The notes below the pieces were generated by a model. It searched no databases. It was not told the DNA's origin and was given only the letters and a program-made list of their open reading frames with translations. A program made the translations under genes and the position numbers. Shown here one piece after another: positions 55,108-64,000 of a stretch of DNA of 64,000 nt (the first letter of the stretch is position 1; the number at the start of each line of letters is the position of its first letter). This stretch comes from an uncultured Candidatus Saccharibacteria bacterium (lineage in GTDB: Bacteria; Patescibacteriota; Doudnabacteria; UBA920), in contig CAYGEJ010000004.1 of assembly GCA_964348935.1 (NCBI GenBank), positions 4,538-68,537 of the forward strand, written 5' to 3'.

Positions 55108-55437
55108 TTAAAAATTAATTCTGAATTCTAAACCATGATGTTTAAATCCAAGTTTTTTATACAACTTATGAACCAATGGCTTTGATGTTCTGCTGGTAGC
55201 AACTAGCTTATAACACTTTTGCTTTTTGGCGGTTTTTATAAGCTCGATTATAAGCTCACTCCCAATACCCTGCCCTCTTAGTGATTCACTTACAAAAACA
55301 TCTTCAATTAAGCCATATGGCCGTTTATGCAAATCATTTTTTATTAAATATAAAAACCCGCGGGCAACTTGATTGCCTTTTTCTTTTAATTCCAATTTAA
55401 TAACTTTTGATGCTTTAATAGTTTTAGTAAATTTCAT
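55108..55437 (-). CDS. GNAT-family N-acetyltransferase (109 aa)
   Basis: Acetyl-CoA binding motif RGQGIGSELI and a C-terminal GNAT core. Confidence 0.7.
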   Translation of the reverse strand: MKFTKTIKASKVIKLELKEKGNQVARGFLYLIKNDLHKRPYGLIEDVFVSESLRGQGIGSELIIELIKTAKKQKCYKLVATSRTSKPLVHKLYKKLGFKHHGLEFRINF

Positions 55438-55438
55438 A

Positions 55439-56401
55439 TTAAATTAATTCGTAAATTATTCGCGCCAGTTTTTTTGCGTTATGTCTTATTATACTTCTAT
55501 TTAATATATCTCCCTTACTTTTTGTAAACACAACCTTTGATGAAAGGTTCCCAGAAATAATTTTAGCATTAATATTTTTACTGTCCAACTCCACAAATTC
55601 CGCTTTCTCCTTTTTATACAACTTTTGAATTCTTGCTTCGGGCTTTGTATTATTTGCTAACACATAAGTTATTCTGCCTTCCAAGTATCTTTCTAATTCA
55701 TTCACAAAATCTGAAACCTTAAACCCATTAGTCTGACCATTTTTGATCATTATATTTGTAACCAAAACTTTTTTTGCTCGAGATGTATTTATAGCCTCTT
55801 TTACACCTTTAACTAAAAGGTTTGGTAGAGTGCTAGTATGTAAATCCCCGGGACCAAAAACTATAACATCTGCCTGACTTATTGCCTCTAATGCCTTAGG
55901 GTTAGCCTGTATCCCTGGTTTCAATCTTATATCTTCAATCTTATATCTTATATCTCCCAGAGGCTCGTCTATGTTATGCTCGCCTTCAATAACTTTTCCA
56001 TTTTCTAAAGTTGCTGATAGTATAGTTGGGTTTAAAGTCACTGGAATTACACTACCATTAACATGCAAAAAATTAGAAACTAGATCAATAGCTTTTTCTG
56101 CGCTTCCTAACTCCTTTTCCAAATTAGCTAAAATTAAATTCCCAATTGTATGACCTTTTTGCTCTCCGCTAGTTATTCGATGCGCAAAAATACTTGCCAA
56201 CTTTTTGTTAGCAGATAAAGCAACTAAACACTGTCTAACATCCCCAGGTGGCAGTACCCCAAGTTCTCTTCTTAAAATCCCACTTGAACCACCGTCATCA
56301 GAAGTTGTAACAATAACACTTAAGTTAACAGGATATTTTTTTAAACCTTCTAATAATGTGGATGTTCCCGTCCCACCACCAATAATTACAATATTATGCA
56401 T
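55439..56401 (-). CDS. YvcK / CofD-like (UPF0052, gluconeogenesis factor) family protein carrying an in-frame heptad-repeat insertion
   Basis: IVIIGGGTG...TSDDGGSSG. The insertion encodes GDIRYKIEDIRLKPG from AATCTTATATC repeats at 55925-55957. Confidence 0.75.
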   Translation of the reverse strand: MHNIVIIGGGTGTSTLLEGLKKYPVNLSVIVTTSDDGGSSGILRRELGVLPPGDVRQCLVALSANKKLASIFAHRITSGEQKGHTIGNLILANLEKELGSAEKAIDLVSNFLHVNGSVIPVTLNPTILSATLENGKVIEGEHNIDEPLGDIRYKIEDIRLKPGIQANPKALEAISQADVIVFGPGDLHTSTLPNLLVKGVKEAINTSRAKKVLVTNIMIKNGQTNGFKVSDFVNELERYLEGRITYVLANNTKPEARIQKLYKKEKAEFVELDSKNINAKIISGNLSSKVVFTKSKGDILNRSIIRHNAKKLARIIYELI

Positions 56402-56474
56402 AATAAGTTTATAAGCTTGTAAGCCAATAAGTGTGTAAGTTACTGATTTACTTACATGCTTACCAGCTTACTTT
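56402..56474. repeat. Intercistronic REP-like spacer: 5x TAAGNNNN followed by 4x (N)CTTANNN at 8-bp period, foldable into a long imperfect hairpin
   Basis: TAAGTTTA TAAGCTTG TAAGCCAA TAAGTGTG TAAGTTAC TGA TTTACTTACATGCTTACCAGCTTACTTTC. Confidence 0.55.
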
Positions 56475-57719
56475 CTAATGAATTACTCCCATCTCTTTCC
56501 CCACTTCTTCAAATGCCTTTATACATTTTTCCATTTGCTCTTTTGTATGCGCTGCGGAAATTTGTACCCGAATACGAGCTTTACCTTTTGGCACAACTGG
56601 ATATGTAAACCCTCGAACATAAATTCCTTTGTCAAATAATTTAGAAGCCATAAGGCTTGCCAGTTTTTCTTCTCCAAGTATAACAGGGGTAATTGGATGT
56701 TTGCCATCCCCACCCAAAGTAAACCCAAGTTTTTCCATTTCTGTTCTAAAAAACTTAGTGTTATTTTCTAACTGTTCTCTATTTTTTATAAATTCTGTAT
56801 TGTAATTTTGCAATACATAAAGAGCTGCATTCGCTATTGCTGGTGTAAGAGAATTAGAAAAAAGAGTGGTACGTGAACGTTGGTGTAACACTTGAATAAT
56901 TTCCTTTTTACCCGCTGTAAAACCTCCACCGGCACCACCCAAGGCTTTACCAAAAGTTGAAGTTAAAATATCTATTCTATCCATTACTCCTGCTTGCTCT
57001 ATACTCCCTCTGCCAGTTTTACCCAACACACCACTAGCATGAGAGTCATCTACCATAACCAAAGCACCGTATTTTTCTGCCAAGTCACAAATTTCTTTAA
57101 GCTTGGCTGTAATTCCATCCATACTAAATACACCATCAGTAGCAATTAACATTCTGCGTGGCTTATACTTAACAACATCTCCCACAAGCGGAACAGCCGG
57201 CAATACAGGTCTCGTCACAACCTCTTTAAGTTGCCTTTCCAAATCTTCCATATCGGAATTCTTAAAACGAAATCTTTCCGCTTTGCATAAACGAATACCG
57301 TCTATAATAGATGCGTGGTTTAACTCATCACTAAAAACCGCGTCCCCCTCTTTTAAAATTGTTTCAAACAGTCCTGTGTTTGCATCGAAACAGGAAGTGT
57401 ACGTAATAGCATCTTCCTGACTAAAAAATTTTGAAATTTCTTGCTCTAAATTTTTGTGCACTTGTGAAGTACCCACAATAAATCTTACACTTGCTTCACC
57501 AAATCCATATTTTTCTATTCCGAGCTTGGCAGCTTCTGCAAGTTTGTCCGAAGATGCAAGTCCTAAATAGTTATTGGCACAAAAGTTCAACAAGGCTTTG
57601 CCATTGGCAACTATTTCTGTCCCTTGTTTACCTTCTAAAACACCTTCCTCTTTCCAGGTCCCAGCGTCTTTAATTTCCTTTAGCTCTTTTTCAAATTGTT
57701 GTTTATAGTTTGTATACAT
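56475..57719 (-). CDS. kbl: 2-amino-3-ketobutyrate CoA ligase (glycine C-acetyltransferase)
   Basis: PLP-dependent alpha-oxoamine synthase family (TSTFGKALGGAGGGF with the PLP-Lys). Adjacent to tdh. Confidence 0.8.
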   Translation of the reverse strand: MYTNYKQQFEKELKEIKDAGTWKEEGVLEGKQGTEIVANGKALLNFCANNYLGLASSDKLAEAAKLGIEKYGFGEASVRFIVGTSQVHKNLEQEISKFFSQEDAITYTSCFDANTGLFETILKEGDAVFSDELNHASIIDGIRLCKAERFRFKNSDMEDLERQLKEVVTRPVLPAVPLVGDVVKYKPRRMLIATDGVFSMDGITAKLKEICDLAEKYGALVMVDDSHASGVLGKTGRGSIEQAGVMDRIDILTSTFGKALGGAGGGFTAGKKEIIQVLHQRSRTTLFSNSLTPAIANAALYVLQNYNTEFIKNREQLENNTKFFRTEMEKLGFTLGGDGKHPITPVILGEEKLASLMASKLFDKGIYVRGFTYPVVPKGKARIRVQISAAHTKEQMEKCIKAFEEVGKEMGVIH

Positions 57720-57798
57720 ATATTCGCTAATATACGAATTTCACTAATTTCACGAATTTGCACTTTGGTGTTATTCGCGTTATTTGCGTATTCGCGAG
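57720..57798. repeat. Intercistronic spacer with 8-9 bp periodic GYGAAAT-type repeats
   Basis: On the minus strand: CGCGAATA CGCAAATA ACGCGAATA ... TTCGTGAAAT TAGTGAAAT TCGTATAT TAGCGAATAT. Confidence 0.45.
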
Positions 57799-58998
57799 TT
57801 AATTAAATTTAATTAATATTTTCGGATTATTAATCATCATTTCTTCAAACTTTTCTTTGGAATAGTCTTTAATATTCAAAATAGTTCCATTTCCACCTTG
57901 CAAAATTACACTAAACAATTTTTCTGCCACACCGTTACTTGAGTCTTCCAATAATTTTTTGGTGGCTTCCCAAGTTTCCCAAAGCTCTCTGCCTGCAACG
58001 CAGTGCATGGTAATACCCTTCATAACTAGGCGGTTAAAATCTTCAAAAACAAAATCTCCGGTCTTAAGTCCAAACAATATAACATCACCACCACGGCGAA
58101 CACTGGCTATGGCATTATTTACCGAAGAATTAAATCCTGCCATTTCAAAAGCCACATCTACTCCAAGTCCGTCGGTTAGCTTCATTATTTCATCAACAAC
58201 CTCTTGGTTGTGCGAGTATTCATTTGCTGTGTGCTGTTTACTGTCTACTGATAACTTAATTAAATGATCAACGCCTAAAGCTTTACCCATTTCCAAAGCC
58301 TTTGGGTTTGGCTCTACTCCAATAATAGTTTTAGCACCCATTCCTTTAGCAACCAACACCAAGAAAGTTGCAATAGGGCCAAGACCAAAAATTGCAACAG
58401 TTTTTCCTTTTAAATTCACTTTGCTCGCTGCGTGAACAGCATTTCCAAAAGGTTCATGAAGTACAGCAACCTCTGGGCGAATTTTACTCATGTCTACTTT
58501 CCATGCAACCTGTGCTGGCACTTTAGCAAATTCTGCAAAACCACCGTCTACACTAATACCAAGTATTTTTTCATTGGTACAAACATTTTTTTGTCCATTT
58601 AGACATTGAAAACATTTATTACAAACTACATGACTCTCACAAGCAACAAAGTCTCCAACCTCAAGCCCTACAACCCTATCACCCTTTGCAATAACTTCCC
58701 CAAAAAACTCATGTCCGAGCTGCCTATAGCTCTTCGAATTAGTCTCCCTCCCCAAGTCTGGGGAGGGCTGGGGAGAGGTTGAATTTTGTTGTGCATCAAT
58801 ACTCCCAAGTATCGCCTCTTTAAAAGCTTGTCTATTCCAAATACCACGGTCAGTCCCACACACCCCAGCGTAATTAACTTTTAAAAGTATCTGGTCTTCA
58901 TCCCCAGCCCCCATTTCAGGCTTAGGAATATCTACCATATCAAAACCCTTTGTACTTTCCCAATCTGTTTTACTCTTGTCAAAAATTAACGCCTTCAT
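57799..58998 (-). CDS. tdh: L-threonine 3-dehydrogenase (zinc-dependent MDR family) with a roughly 25-aa low-complexity in-frame insertion
   Basis: GVCGTDRGIW ... GHEFFGEV zinc-ligand context and a GLGPIATF Rossmann motif. The insertion DAQQNSTSPQPSPDLGRETNSKSYRQL is encoded by a GC-rich palindrome at about 58735-58790. Confidence 0.75.
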   Translation of the reverse strand: MKALIFDKSKTDWESTKGFDMVDIPKPEMGAGDEDQILLKVNYAGVCGTDRGIWNRQAFKEAILGSIDAQQNSTSPQPSPDLGRETNSKSYRQLGHEFFGEVIAKGDRVVGLEVGDFVACESHVVCNKCFQCLNGQKNVCTNEKILGISVDGGFAEFAKVPAQVAWKVDMSKIRPEVAVLHEPFGNAVHAASKVNLKGKTVAIFGLGPIATFLVLVAKGMGAKTIIGVEPNPKALEMGKALGVDHLIKLSVDSKQHTANEYSHNQEVVDEIMKLTDGLGVDVAFEMAGFNSSVNNAIASVRRGGDVILFGLKTGDFVFEDFNRLVMKGITMHCVAGRELWETWEATKKLLEDSSNGVAEKLFSVILQGGNGTILNIKDYSKEKFEEMMINNPKILIKFN

Positions 58999-59019
58999 AA
59001 TATTATAGTTAATTACAAA

Positions 59020-59637
59020 TTAAACTCTCCTACTTTCTAAAATAGAATATATTTCCCTCATTGTACTTATTATTCTATTTAAAGATTTATCTGTCATAAA
59101 ATATTTCGCAGAATCTTCGCCGTTGGATTTTAAGACATCTTCAAAAACTTTATTTAATTCTTCTACCTCTCTGGGTAATGTTAGATTCAATGGCTGTATG
59201 CCTGGAGTAGATTCATCAACTTCATATTCATGCACCTCAACACCTTTTGTAACTGCTTGTTTAGGAATTTTATTTGGATTTAAAATTTTAAATACAGGTG
59301 AATAAATTCTAGCCAACTCAATAACGCCCCCATCCTTATTTTCTAAACTTTTTAAAATCCTATGCTCTAAATAAAATCCAACATCCCATAATGAAAAGCT
59401 ATAAGAACGTTTCATTTGATCCATTTCTTCCTTTCCAGAATTACTACCTCTAAATAAACCTGATAAATTTTCTACTTTTACTTCTGTTAATGAAGGTAAC
59501 TGTTGATTTTTAATAATTTGTAATGTTTCTTCTTCAGAAAACATATTAAACCATTCAGCTTTAATGTCCCTTTTAGTTTCAAACTCAGGGCTAGGTATTT
59601 TTAAAAATTCAGATTTTTTATATTTACCTTTTTCCAT
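59020..59637 (-). CDS. Hypothetical protein (205 aa)
   Basis: ORF in operon context between tdh and glmS. No motif recognised. Confidence 0.45.
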   Translation of the reverse strand: MEKGKYKKSEFLKIPSPEFETKRDIKAEWFNMFSEEETLQIIKNQQLPSLTEVKVENLSGLFRGSNSGKEEMDQMKRSYSFSLWDVGFYLEHRILKSLENKDGGVIELARIYSPVFKILNPNKIPKQAVTKGVEVHEYEVDESTPGIQPLNLTLPREVEELNKVFEDVLKSNGEDSAKYFMTDKSLNRIISTMREIYSILESRRV

Positions 59638-59673
59638 ATTTCATATCCTAAATCTTACGTCTTAAATCCTAAA
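59638..59673. repeat. Heptad repeats of the same family as 38704-38799 (CATATCC TAAATCT TACGTCT TAAATCC TAAAT). Shares the 15-mer TAAGATTTAGGATAT (minus strand here) with 38708-38722.
   Basis: Seen directly. Confidence 0.5.
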
Positions 59674-61590
59674 TTATTCTACGGTTACTGATTTCGCCAA
59701 ATTTCTAGGCCTGTCTACATCACGCCCCAAGGCAACTGCTATATGGTAAGCAAAAAGTTGTAGCGGGATGGTATTTAGTAGTGGCTCTAAAAGTTCCATA
59801 GTTCTTGGCACATAAATCACATCATCTGCTACTTCTTTGGCTTCTTCATCACCTTCGGTAGCAATTATTAATGTTCTAGCGCCACGAGCCCTTACTTCCA
59901 TTATACTACTTTTCATTTTTTCGTATAATTGATTTTTGCTTAATATTGCCACAACTGGAACGTCTTTACTTACCAGAGCAAGTGGACCGTGTTTAAGGGA
60001 GCCTGCTGCAAGACCTTCGGCATGAATGTAAGAAATTTCTTCTAACTTTAATGCACCCTCTAAAGCAACTGGGTAATTTATACCGCGACCTATAAACAAA
60101 ACGTCTTTATAATTTTTATACTTTTCTGCAATTTCTTTTATTTGATCATTTAACTTTAAAGTCTCGGTCATTTTTTCTGGAATTTCTAACAAGGCTTGCA
60201 AAACTCTTTGACCAGTTGCAATAGATGTGTGTTTAATTCTGCCAAACTCAATAGCGTACAAAAGTAATATTGCCACCATGTTGGTATAGGCTTTGGTAGA
60301 TGCCACAGCAAGCTCTGGGCCTGCGTGAATATAAGTTCCAGCGCCGGTTTCGCGGGCAATAGTAGAACCAACAACGTTTACTATTCCACGCACAAATGCA
60401 CCTTTACGCTTAGCCTCGCGAGCTGCCATTAAAGTGTCGGCAGTCTCACCGCTTTGAGAAATAACAAATACCAAAGTATTTTTGTTTACTATTGGGTCAC
60501 GGTACCTAAACTCACTAGAGAAATCTACTTCACAAGGAATATTTGCTAAACGCTCAAAAGCATATTTGGCAATAAGCCCAGCATGCCTGGCGGTTCCTTC
60601 GGCAATAATTAAAATTTTATTAACGCTTCTCTTTTGTTCTTCTGTCATATTAAGCCCGCCAAGCATAGCAGTACCCTCTTCCATATTTATTCTTCCGCGC
60701 AGAGCATCTTCAAACACCGAAGGTTGGTCAAAAATTTCTTTAAGCATAAAATTCTCAAAACCGTTCTTTTGTGCTTTTTCTTGGTCCCATTCAATATGTT
60801 GCACTTCTTTTTCAATTACTTGGTTCCGTAAATTTGAAATTTTTAGTTCGCTCCTGCTAATAGAAGCTATTTCACCGTCGTCAAGGAAACTTACATTTTT
60901 GGTAAATGGTAACATTGGAGTTACATCACTAGCAATATAATATTCACCATTTCCAAGGCCAATAGCCAAAGGACTTCCAAGTCTGGCTACTACAAGTTCA
61001 TTTGGGTGGTCTACATGCATAACCACAAGCCCATAAGTACCTCTCACCCAACGCAAAGATTTTTTTACTGCCTCTTCTAAATTACCATTATAGTTTTGGA
61101 ATATCCATTTAGCTAAAACTTCGGTATCTGTCTGAGATTCTAAATTTTTATCTTCCAATTTATTTATAAGCTCACGATAGTTTTCAATAATCCCATTGTG
61201 AACTACTGCGAGCTTACCACCAATAACATGTGGATGGGCATTAAATTCTGTTACCCCTCCATGCGTTGCCCAGCGTGTATGAGCAATTCCAATTGTTCCT
61301 TTTAAAAAATGCTCAGCGTCATCCTGAGTTCCGAATGCATCTGAGGAACGAAGGATCTCCTTATTATTAGATTCATCAGTCGGATGCACTCCTTCAGAAT
61401 GACGCCCTAAAGAAAGAATTTTTCCAGTTAGCTTATCTACCTTCCCCACTTCACGAACCCTGTCTATTTTAGCCTCATCTAAAACAGCTACTCCAGCACT
61501 GTCGTAGCCTCTATATTCTAAATCACGCAATCCTTGTAAAAGGATTGGTAATGCTTGTTTATTTCCTATATAAGCTACAATTCCACACAT
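59674..61590 (-). CDS. glmS: Glutamine--fructose-6-phosphate aminotransferase (isomerizing)
   Basis: N-terminal MCGIVAYIG Ntn amidotransferase. Two SIS domains. C-terminal ...SVTVE. Confidence 0.9.
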   Translation of the reverse strand: MCGIVAYIGNKQALPILLQGLRDLEYRGYDSAGVAVLDEAKIDRVREVGKVDKLTGKILSLGRHSEGVHPTDESNNKEILRSSDAFGTQDDAEHFLKGTIGIAHTRWATHGGVTEFNAHPHVIGGKLAVVHNGIIENYRELINKLEDKNLESQTDTEVLAKWIFQNYNGNLEEAVKKSLRWVRGTYGLVVMHVDHPNELVVARLGSPLAIGLGNGEYYIASDVTPMLPFTKNVSFLDDGEIASISRSELKISNLRNQVIEKEVQHIEWDQEKAQKNGFENFMLKEIFDQPSVFEDALRGRINMEEGTAMLGGLNMTEEQKRSVNKILIIAEGTARHAGLIAKYAFERLANIPCEVDFSSEFRYRDPIVNKNTLVFVISQSGETADTLMAAREAKRKGAFVRGIVNVVGSTIARETGAGTYIHAGPELAVASTKAYTNMVAILLLYAIEFGRIKHTSIATGQRVLQALLEIPEKMTETLKLNDQIKEIAEKYKNYKDVLFIGRGINYPVALEGALKLEEISYIHAEGLAAGSLKHGPLALVSKDVPVVAILSKNQLYEKMKSSIMEVRARGARTLIIATEGDEEAKEVADDVIYVPRTMELLEPLLNTIPLQLFAYHIAVALGRDVDRPRNLAKSVTVE

Positions 61591-61665
61591 AAATAAATAG
61601 TGATTAGTGACAAGTGGCTAGTTACAAGTTTTTGCAACCAACCACTCACAACTAGCAACTCGCCA
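61591..61665. repeat. Intercistronic spacer of heptad repeats in forward then inverted orientation (5x AGTGNNN then 4x CMACTNN)
   Basis: TAGTGATT AGTGACA AGTGGCT AGTTACA AGTTTTT GCAA CCAACCA CTCACAA CTAGCAA CTCGCCACTAA. Confidence 0.5.
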
Positions 61666-62418
61666 CTAAAGTTTTTGCCAATTAAACTCAAATATCATTT
61701 TTTGCATGTTGTAAATTTCTTCGTTCTGTATTACTACTCCAACCGGGTTTTCATTTTTATCTATACTAATATGAGCAACTTTTCCCGCATAAATAATTTC
61801 GTGAGTCGCTTTTAAATTTTCACATTTTGATGGCATGATTTTTCTCTCATCCAGCCCCACCAATTTACCACCTTCTCCAAGAGAAATAATTTTTACTGCA
61901 ATTTTTTTAGCCACTCTTTTTGTGCTAAAGTCGGGCATGGCTCCATAAACATTCTTGCGGTCTTCTGGGGTGGAAGATGAATATAAATAATAACTTTTAT
62001 CCTTATTACCTCCCACTTCTACTAAAACATCTTCCAAAATTTGTCTAATGCCTTTTGTGCCCTCGTAAAACCTTACAATTGGTTTTCCGCCCTGTTTTTC
62101 AAATAATGTTTTTATTAAAGGTAGTGACCTCTCTATATTATTTCTAACTTCTTCTAAATCTTCCTTTTTTTGGTCTATGGCACTAAGTAATTTTTCTGGA
62201 TTTTCTGCTATAAAATACTGTTTACTTTCTTTGTTGTAATAAGAAACTATTCCCAAAGTTATTAAAGACTTTAAAATATCGTAACTTGTACCACGGTTAA
62301 CTTTTGACTTACTAGCAATCTCCCTAACCGAAGAAGCGCCTAGCTCAACTAAAGCTAAGTATACAGCAATCTCCTTTTCACTAAGTCCAAAGTTTTTAAG
62401 AATTACCTGTATTTCCAT
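61666..62418 (-). CDS. TrmB-family sugar-responsive transcriptional regulator
   Basis: N-terminal winged HTH LSEKEIAVYLALVELGASSVREIASKSKVNRGTSYDILKSLITLGIV typical of TrmB. 250 aa. Confidence 0.7.
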   Translation of the reverse strand: MEIQVILKNFGLSEKEIAVYLALVELGASSVREIASKSKVNRGTSYDILKSLITLGIVSYYNKESKQYFIAENPEKLLSAIDQKKEDLEEVRNNIERSLPLIKTLFEKQGGKPIVRFYEGTKGIRQILEDVLVEVGGNKDKSYYLYSSSTPEDRKNVYGAMPDFSTKRVAKKIAVKIISLGEGGKLVGLDERKIMPSKCENLKATHEIIYAGKVAHISIDKNENPVGVVIQNEEIYNMQKMIFEFNWQKL

Positions 62419-62555
62419 TTACTAATAATACCTTGCATTGTCTTAACTGTCAACTATTTTCCTACAAAAAATGTGGATAAATTAAAATATCCCTTATTTA
62501 AAGGGTATTTTAATTTATCTTAAAATATAATCTTTCTACAATATACTAAATAAAC

Positions 62556-63083
62556 CTAAGGACACCACGCTAAGTCTGCTCCTGGCCCACAATTATTAAT
62601 TGCACAGTAAGTAGCTCCAAATACTGTGGACCCATTGCCGTTCGAACTAATTGCAACATATGTACACATGGAAAAACCATTACCAGCTCCCCCGTTCTTA
62701 GGGGCATAAAAATATTCGTCACAATTGCTACACATGCTACCATCACCTAAATTATTTCTAGGGGGAAGAGGTGCTCGGGATAAATACTCGGGCACAAGTA
62801 GTTGCGTTAACGGGGCATAGGGAGGCACACCTGTGTTTGGCGGGTTGCGTGAATCTGCGGGAGAGGTTGGATAGTGATTATTGTTGGAATAATAAAGTTC
62901 AAGTGCTTTAGTAATTTGGTTAATATCCGCTATTCGCCTTGCATCACGCGCCTTCATTAAGGCACTATTAAGTGCTACCAAACCGACACTGGCCAAAAGC
63001 CCAATAATAGAAATGACCACCAAAAGTTCAATTAAAGTAAACCCTCTGGAAGATTTCTTTAACGCGCTAGACTCTATAAACAT
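62556..63083 (-). CDS. Type IV pilin-like protein (third in window). Start position uncertain.
   Basis: LKKSSRG|FTLIELLVVISIIGLLASV prepilin motif. Cys-rich C-terminal domain. The annotated ORF start overlaps the upstream gene, so an internal Met was chosen. Confidence 0.6.
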   Translation of the reverse strand: MFIESSALKKSSRGFTLIELLVVISIIGLLASVGLVALNSALMKARDARRIADINQITKALELYYSNNNHYPTSPADSRNPPNTGVPPYAPLTQLLVPEYLSRAPLPPRNNLGDGSMCSNCDEYFYAPKNGGAGNGFSMCTYVAISSNGNGSTVFGATYCAINNCGPGADLAWCP

Positions 63084-63597
63084 AAACATCATGCTTTCTG
63101 GGCAAATAGTACTTCTCCGCACAAGACATAGTTGGAAAAGGGAAGTCCCGCACTATTGCTACGCTCCCCGGCTTCATTTCTGCCTGGAACTTTTTTTCTA
63201 TATTACCCATTAACGGTGGGTACAAATAACAATAAATAATATTCGCACCTGACCAATCTTCGTTAAAAAAGTTTCTATTTAAAAACTCAGCATTAGATTT
63301 TATAAATTTTGCCTTTAGTTTAGAAAAAATAATTGTCCACCAGCCTAGTTCAAAACCTTTCACCTTTGCTCCACTTAACTTCTCTACCAAAAAAACTACT
63401 TTACCATTCCCGCTTCCAAGGTCATAAAAAGTATCTTTCGGACTAATACCAAGTTTGCTTACTATAAACTCAATATCGTTTTGACTAGTTGGTACAAATG
63501 GAACTCTGGTTCTTATAAATGCCACAAGTTCGCTAAAAACAACAAACAATAAGACAGAAGAAAAAACTAAAAACATTAATAATATAAATAGTATCAT
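63067..63597 (-). CDS. Small membrane-anchored class I SAM-dependent methyltransferase
   Basis: N-terminal TM helix. Motif I FYDLGSGNGKVV. Confidence 0.55.
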   Translation of the reverse strand: MILFILLMFLVFSSVLLFVVFSELVAFIRTRVPFVPTSQNDIEFIVSKLGISPKDTFYDLGSGNGKVVFLVEKLSGAKVKGFELGWWTIIFSKLKAKFIKSNAEFLNRNFFNEDWSGANIIYCYLYPPLMGNIEKKFQAEMKPGSVAIVRDFPFPTMSCAEKYYLPRKHDVYVYRV

Positions 63598-63624
63598 TAA
63601 GTAATTATACTATAATACTTCCTA

Positions 63625-63653
63625 AAAATAAAAAACCTCCAGTTAAGGAGGTC
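63625..63653 (-). terminator. Intrinsic terminator for the partial gene at the window end (GACCTCC TTAACT GGAGGTT + TTTTTATTTTT on the minus strand)
   Basis: Seen directly. Confidence 0.55.
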
Positions 63654-63661
63654 TTAATTAT

Positions 63662-64000
63662 TTATTTCGTAACCCTAGAATCGTTATAGTCCATTAAACC
63701 TAGTAGTGGTAATTTTAAATCTCCATCATTTGCATTTTGGATTAAAGATTGCTTACCACCATTGTTTATAAATATTGCCCAAGTAGAAATTGGAATTATT
63801 CCATTTACATGGATATAAAAAACGGTTTTTCCACTTAACACCCAAGAATTAACAGGGTGAGAATTATTTGTGTAAGCACCGAGAATTGAGCCTGCGGTTT
63901 TTACCGTAGCATTTATCTCTAAGCAATTAACTAACTCTGTTCCTTCACAAAGGGTTAACTTAGTTGTACCAAGCGCTGCTCCGGTTAAAATTAAAGTGTT
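63662..64000 (-). CDS. Hypothetical protein, 5' end beyond the window
   Basis: Open frame to the window edge, ending ...LMDYNDSRVTK*. Hand translation. Confidence 0.4.
   Translation of the reverse strand, partial: NTLILTGAALGTTKLTLCEGTELVNCLEINATVKTAGSILGAYTNNSHPVNSWVLSGKTVFYIHVNGIIPISTWAIFINNGGKQSLIQNANDGDLKLPLLGLMDYNDSRVTK

Overview
This 64 kb window is AT-rich (roughly 35% GC by eye) and densely packed with short genes. I count about 75 coding genes, 2 tRNAs, no rRNA and no CRISPR array. Gene content includes three type IV pilin-like genes, ECF sigma and anti-sigma genes, rpoD and dnaG, ppsA and pyk, and a copper-resistance operon. It also has a polyamine module (aguB, aguA, deoxyhypusine-synthase-like), a split UDP-GlcNAc module (glmS, YvcK-like, GNAT, uridyltransferase-only GlmU homolog) and tdh-kbl. 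The style is consistent with a small-genome, possibly CPR/Patescibacteria-like bacterium, but that is inference. The most unusual locus is a tightly coupled six-gene minus-strand operon at 34536-38700. It encodes an AbrB/MazE-like regulator, a MazG-like NTP pyrophosphohydrolase, a 674-aa GIY-YIG nuclease / P-loop DUF2075 helicase-like / LexA-UmuD-type S24 peptidase fusion, an Mrr-family restriction endonuclease with a zinc ribbon, a YdeI-like protein and a DUF3800 protein. Heptad tandem repeats lie upstream of it. I interpret it as a candidate composite anti-phage or SOS-triggered defense system. Several short GC-rich islets stand out against the AT-rich background. One of them (about 5331-5813) is ORF-poor and bounded by a perfect sigma70 consensus promoter and an intrinsic terminator, which suggests a structured ncRNA. 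Other points of note: a near-perfect palindromic CsoR/RcnR-type operator sits inside a consensus promoter; REP-like intercistronic spacers are built from 7-8 bp periodic repeats; short repeat insertions sit in-frame in two genes; and a ribbon-helix-helix-nucleotidyltransferase fusion lies between two inositol-monophosphatase paralogs next to a PfkB kinase. All functional calls rest on motif recognition by eye. No database searches were run.
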